Source of the DNA: Octopus sinensis
Taxonomy: Eukaryota
NCBI RefSeq assembly: GCF_006345805.1
Contig: NW_021836167.1
Location: 1 to 64,000, forward strand
Length of the DNA stretch: 64,000 bases
Direction of reading: 5' to 3'
Shown here piece by piece: positions 59,475-64,000 of this stretch. Every line of letters begins with the position of its first letter. Position 1 is the first letter of the stretch. The translations under genes and the position numbers were made by a program. The notes under the pieces were generated by a model. That model was not told where the DNA came from, ran no database searches, and was given only the letters and a program-made list of their open reading frames with translations.

Positions 59475-59725
59475 CAGCGGTTCTCAACTTTTTTTAGACT
59501 AGGGACCACTTGCAATATAAAATTTTATGGAAACCACATTAAATAAAATAAACATTTTTTTGCTATTAGCAAAGTCAAAAACGACATCGCTATTTCACAG
59601 TGATAAGTAGTGGGGAATGTGAACATTGATTCCAATGCAGTTTTACACAAAATGGGAAATATTATTTTTTTCGAAATTTCTGATGTTTACTAAAAATTTT
59701 TGAAGACCACGGTTGAGAACCGCTG
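59475..59725. mobile_element. 251-bp hAT (Buster-type) MITE
   Basis: Perfect 14-bp TIR CAGCGGTTCTCAAC; perfect 8-bp TSD CTTTAGAT at 59467-59474 and 59726-59733. Confidence 0.95.
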
Positions 59726-60169
59726 CTTTAGATAATCTCACGTAAATAATAAATTTAATAAATATTATTTTTTGAAATAAAAATTATTTGATCTTTTAGT
59801 TAGTGGCTTTGTCTTTAATTATTGTAATGATTACAAAGGCTATGAATGATAAATTAACCAGACATCTAAAAGTACTCATATTATCTTACCTCAAAGCCAA
59901 TATATCTATCGATAGTGAACGAGAGCCACAAACACAGTGGAAGACAACTTGAGAGTCATTTCAAAATGATCATTGTGTCAAATATGTTCTCTAACATGCC
60001 CAAATTAGAAGTAAACTAAACCAATTATGTATCAGCGTCATAGACTAGTCAGTCATATTCTGAAGGAAGAAATGACCTCATCCATTCACGCCCTTTCAAT
60101 AAGAGTAGATTTGGGAGGAAACACACCTTAGGCTCACTGCCCGTTAGAGTGGGATGGAGGGACACACCA

Positions 60170-60420
60170 CACACCCAATTGTCTGGGATTGAATAGATGA
60201 TGTAATGCATCTTTCATTTCAATAAATACGCTTTTATACTAATTGTGAAAACATCAGTAGACATGCCCATGTTGCCAGACCGGTCCACCAAATATTTATA
60301 TTCCAGTGATTTTTCAGATAAAACAGTAAAGCTAACATACAATAAAAAGGCGGAATTTCCCGTTCCTTTCAATTGAATAAACTTTCCTTTCCTTATTCCC
60401 AAAATGGGGTGGCACAAGTT
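60170..60420 (-). pseudogene. possible VWA-domain (vWA5A-like) gene fragment
   Basis: YVSF..YLVDRSGNMG resembles the MIDAS motif DxSxS; then IEMKDAL and IIYSIPDN in shifted frames. Confidence 0.35.
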
Positions 60421-60506
60421 ATGTATGCGCTTACATATATTGTTTCTTATTTTTTTGAATTTTTAAAGAACTGGCGTTCAAAATATTTTTAATAAACACA
60501 GGAATT

Positions 60507-60636
60507 TTTTTTTCATAGAATAACCATCAATTGAAAATAGAGAAGTTAACTAAATTAGATCAGTCGCCGAGCGGATGGACAGGCAATTTCCACGTAATAT
60601 CGCAAACGATATCCGCTGAAAAAGCCAGCTCGCTTC
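60507..60636 (-). mobile_element. 130-bp CRE 3' stub with poly(A) and 11-bp TSD
   Basis: WLFQRISFAILRGN; TSD ACACAGGAATT at 60496-60506 and 60637-60647. Confidence 0.85.
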
Positions 60637-61129
60637 ACACAGGAATTATGTTCCAAAAAAGATTTCATAAGTTTAGAATTTTTTAATGATTGTCTTTAAT
60701 GGATGGATTTTTTGTTTGAACAAATAATGTTAGATACCAACTCTATTTAAAATAAAACCACAAAGTCTATCATGAGATAATGTAATAAAATTGGTACTCA
60801 TGTTATCATTAAAACCTTGTAATTAATGTCATTAACCGAATGAACTTGATAATAATCAATAGTTAAACATGAATGGGCAAGTCAAGTATTAATCAAAAGA
60901 GCGATAAATAATCTATTTGACAATCTATTATTCACAACTTAATGTGAAGTGCATTTGATAAAAATCGAACATTAATTTTGTATTTTTCCAAAAACTTGTT
61001 GGCCGTGATTAATATTACGCAGTATATAAAAATACAATCAAATAAATTGTAAGCAGGAAAATCGAGGATGAAAAATAAATTATGTAAATAATATATAATT
61101 TATAGACAATCTTGAGACATATCCAGTGA

Positions 61130-62582
61130 TTAGCGAACGTAATTTTCCAGGGTAAGAACAGAGTAAGGTCGAGGAGGACTTGGATTTGAATCAAATAAGT
61201 GCCAGAAACGAAGAGTTTCGTCGCCCGAGCCCGTGACAACACTCCTTCCATCCGGAGAAAGTGCCATATATAAAACCCGAGAAGTGTGGCCAGATAACTT
61301 GACAACCGGAGACATTATTGGATACTTCCATACTATCAACTCATTAAAAGAAAATCCATGAGTAGTGACGAGCTCATTTGTGTTCTTTGACCATACCATA
61401 TTACAAATTTGAGATTCAGTCTTGTGATTAGAAAGAGCTTGTCCAGTCAGAGAATTCCACAACCGAATCTCCTGATCGGCAGTACCTCCTCCAGAGGCAA
61501 GAAGTCCCCGTTTATGGGGGGACCAAGCCAAAGCTTTAACAGCAGCTTTATGGTCAGTAAATGTGTAGCTGGGAGTATTGGAATTTCCATAAATATCCCA
61601 CAATAATAATAAATTGTCATTTCCTCCGGAAGCCAAATAGCGCCCATCGGGGGAATAGCGCAGACCACAGACTTCCTGAGAATGCCCCTTGAGTGTACTG
61701 TGATTCCATCGAGAGGCATTGTCCAAATTAGAACTTCCTAAAGTCATTAGACCACAACATCGCATATCCAGCAGAGAAATAGTCTTATCTCGAGAACCGG
61801 AAGCCAAAACTGTCTTATTCCAAGAAAGTGACCCCACTCTTGAAGAATGAGGCCTGAATGACTTTAATTCACGTGCCTCTTCCATAGAATATATTGATAT
61901 TCTCCCCTGATTTGTGGACACAGCAACCACATTCTCTACAGGAGAACAAGAAACTGCAGCCACTGTCTCTGGTGAGTCCAACTCACAAAGTTTCATAACT
62001 GCAGAGCTCTTTGAATTCCAAATGTAAACTGCACTTCCAAGTCCAACAGCCAAATTATCAAAAGGAGACCAATCCACAAGGCTGAGATAAAAGTCATCTT
62101 TAAGATCGGGGCGTCCAAAGTCTTGTAAGGCGATTTTGGAATTTTTCGTGGCTTTTCAATCGCACTTTCAAGCAGACGTCGACTTTTTTCAGTCAGCCCC
62201 AAAAATTCCAAGAAATATAATCAGATTTGTCAATTGATGAATGCTGAGTGTTTTTCCGATCACGTTTGAACCTGAAGTAGTTTGTCGTTTCCTCGAGCAT
62301 TCCGGCTCTCCTCGGAGGTGTTGTTAATTGAGAACGGTTTATTGATTCATTAGCCAAAAGTTCCTGGAAAACTTGATTATTTGCATATTCGCAGTTTTCA
62401 TCAACTGTTTCGGGTGTATCGGGAAAATCGTCGTTTGAATACCAATCTATAGACTCGGAGGGTTCGGCAGTAGGAACTAGTCTTTCGGAATAAACATGTT
62501 TCTTAGAACGAGTAGATCGGACTGAAGACGAATCTTCAAATACTTTGCTCGTCTTTCTTTTCTCAAAAGCATCATTTTTCAT
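61130..62582 (-). CDS. FZR1: fizzy-related/Cdh1 APC/C activator, WD40 repeat, intronless
   Basis: C-box-like ERLVP; LDAP.LKDDFYLSLVDWS; LASGGGTAD; NELVTTHG..VWKYP; GHTSRVLY; VR tail; two 1-nt frameshifts near 62210 and 62110. Confidence 0.9.
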
Positions 62583-63429
62583 TGCAGGTATAAAAATGCT
62601 TGTGTAGGGGAATTCTTATCGATAAACTATAATAAAAACATTATTTATTATTTTGATAAATGATTGAAACAAAATAAATAATATATAATTAATAAAACTC
62701 TATAATTTTAACAATATATCTAGTTTAAATTATCGAATAAAATAATTAAATGTAACACACCAGAAAAATGAACAGTGGTTTCAAACCTATATTTTATTTA
62801 ATTAAAAACATATGATTATATTTTTCCATAATTTATAATTTTTCTAAGCTTAATTCTTATTTTTATATTATTTTAAAATTAAATATTTACAATAAACTAA
62901 TTAATTTTAACCACGTTTTTTTGAATCTTTACTAAGACATTAAAATACAACAATATGACTTAGCTAATTTTTAAATTAATGAATTACAAGGCAACTATTA
63001 TAATCATTTTTATTGGAAAACTTTACTTATACTAGTTTTCTGTTTTTTAAACGATTATTTGACGACCTTTCGAGCCAGAGCTTTTGTAAATTGAATTCTT
63101 TTCCTCTTGACTCTTGCAACTAAAATATTTATTCCGAGAAATAATTAATTGAAGCACAACATCAATTCGTGATTAGTTTCCAATCAATAAATTATGACGT
63201 TTTTGTATATGGTGATTTATTAAGTGCTTATTGTTAATATTTGTCTTTATTTATGTCCAAGCTGTGCCCCCTGTCATCTGCAAGCTCCACTGGGAGACTT
63301 TAATTAGTTCAAAACAAGTGTCTGAAATCAACAACCAATACCTGCAATGAAAAACCAATCTTCTCCTGATAGATAAACATCTAAATATGAATAAGCATAA
63401 TTTCTATTTGCCTCACGTAAATCCTATCA

Positions 63430-63930
63430 CCCTTGCATTGTTCTAAACATGCTAAATGACAATGGCCGTGCATCGAAGAGCACGCCGGCTAAACAATACT
63501 CCCAGATCCTTGCTAAAATCAACGGCTTAAACCAATTTTCATAGCCAATGAAACAAATCAACGACTTTATCTTTACCTCGTCAATTCTAAGGCTGACTCC
63601 TAACTTCGTTCTCAACATACTTCCACCAGAAGTTTACCCCTCCGAATTGCTTTGGAGCGCTCTGGTCATATCAACCTTGCCCGTTTTCGCTCAGATCATC
63701 ATCACTCCTTAAACTCCTACGCTCACTCAATGAACGACTTGATCTCTCCTTTCTGTAATCTTTGCTGTGTTGACAAGCACTTTTTCGCTGCTCTAGTCTT
63801 CTTCTCATCCGCAGAAAACTTGCTGTTCACTCCCCCAAGGTCCTTTAGGAGCAACCCTTGAAAACGCTGTCGTTTCTGCTATCCGCTGATCTCATACCCT
63901 GATTTGATACCGGGGTTATAAAACAAGGGC
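63430..63930 (+). mobile_element. I-clade non-LTR 3' fragment
   Basis: LARFRSDHH..LNSY..PFCNLC zinc-finger remnant. Confidence 0.55.
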
Positions 63931-64000
63931 TCCACAACTCCTGGGTGCAAATAGATGGGGAAATACTCTTCACTTGCGGAAAAGTACAAATTACTTCCTT

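Noticed and set aside
1-64000. rRNA genes, telomeric arrays, prokaryotic operons or defence systems
   Set aside because: None seen; spliceosomal introns, U6 and eukaryotic transposons show a nuclear eukaryotic locus

Overview
AT-rich eukaryotic window, probably from an animal (inference from the secreted QPD-type C-type lectin, CK1-gamma-type kinase, NPC2-like and claudin-like genes). Stops TAA, TAG and TGA all terminate genes, so the code appears standard. The host genes carry ultrashort GT-AG introns: about 35 could be placed by restoring reading frame, all 20-40 nt and mostly 24-29 nt, like the intron sizes reported for reduced parasitic animals such as dicyemids and myxozoans; the organism cannot be identified from this window. 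Reconstructable host genes: a 47-aa WH2 micro-protein, two C-type lectins, RPP21, a claudin-like membrane protein, CK1-gamma, a very divergent proteasome beta-type gene, an orphan gene head-to-head with it, NPC2-like, GAR1, FZR1/Cdh1, U6 snRNA and tRNA-Gly(CCC). Between about 21 and 57 kb the sequence is a mosaic of local duplications. Filled and empty paralogous sites there fix the ends of several insertions exactly: CRE retrotransposons (5'-truncated, 3'-truncated and internally inverted copies), a Helitron and an RTE. A full-length PHD-bearing CRE copy is defined by its own 13-bp TSD. The best single candidate is a 1779-bp hAT transposon with TIRs and an 8-bp TSD whose transposase becomes one open DDE reading frame only after three (perhaps four) host-sized 21-27 nt introns are removed. 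Caveats: all splicing is inferred by eye; several 1-nt frameshifts lie in homopolymers and may be assembly errors; the duplications could partly be tandemly assembled haplotypes.
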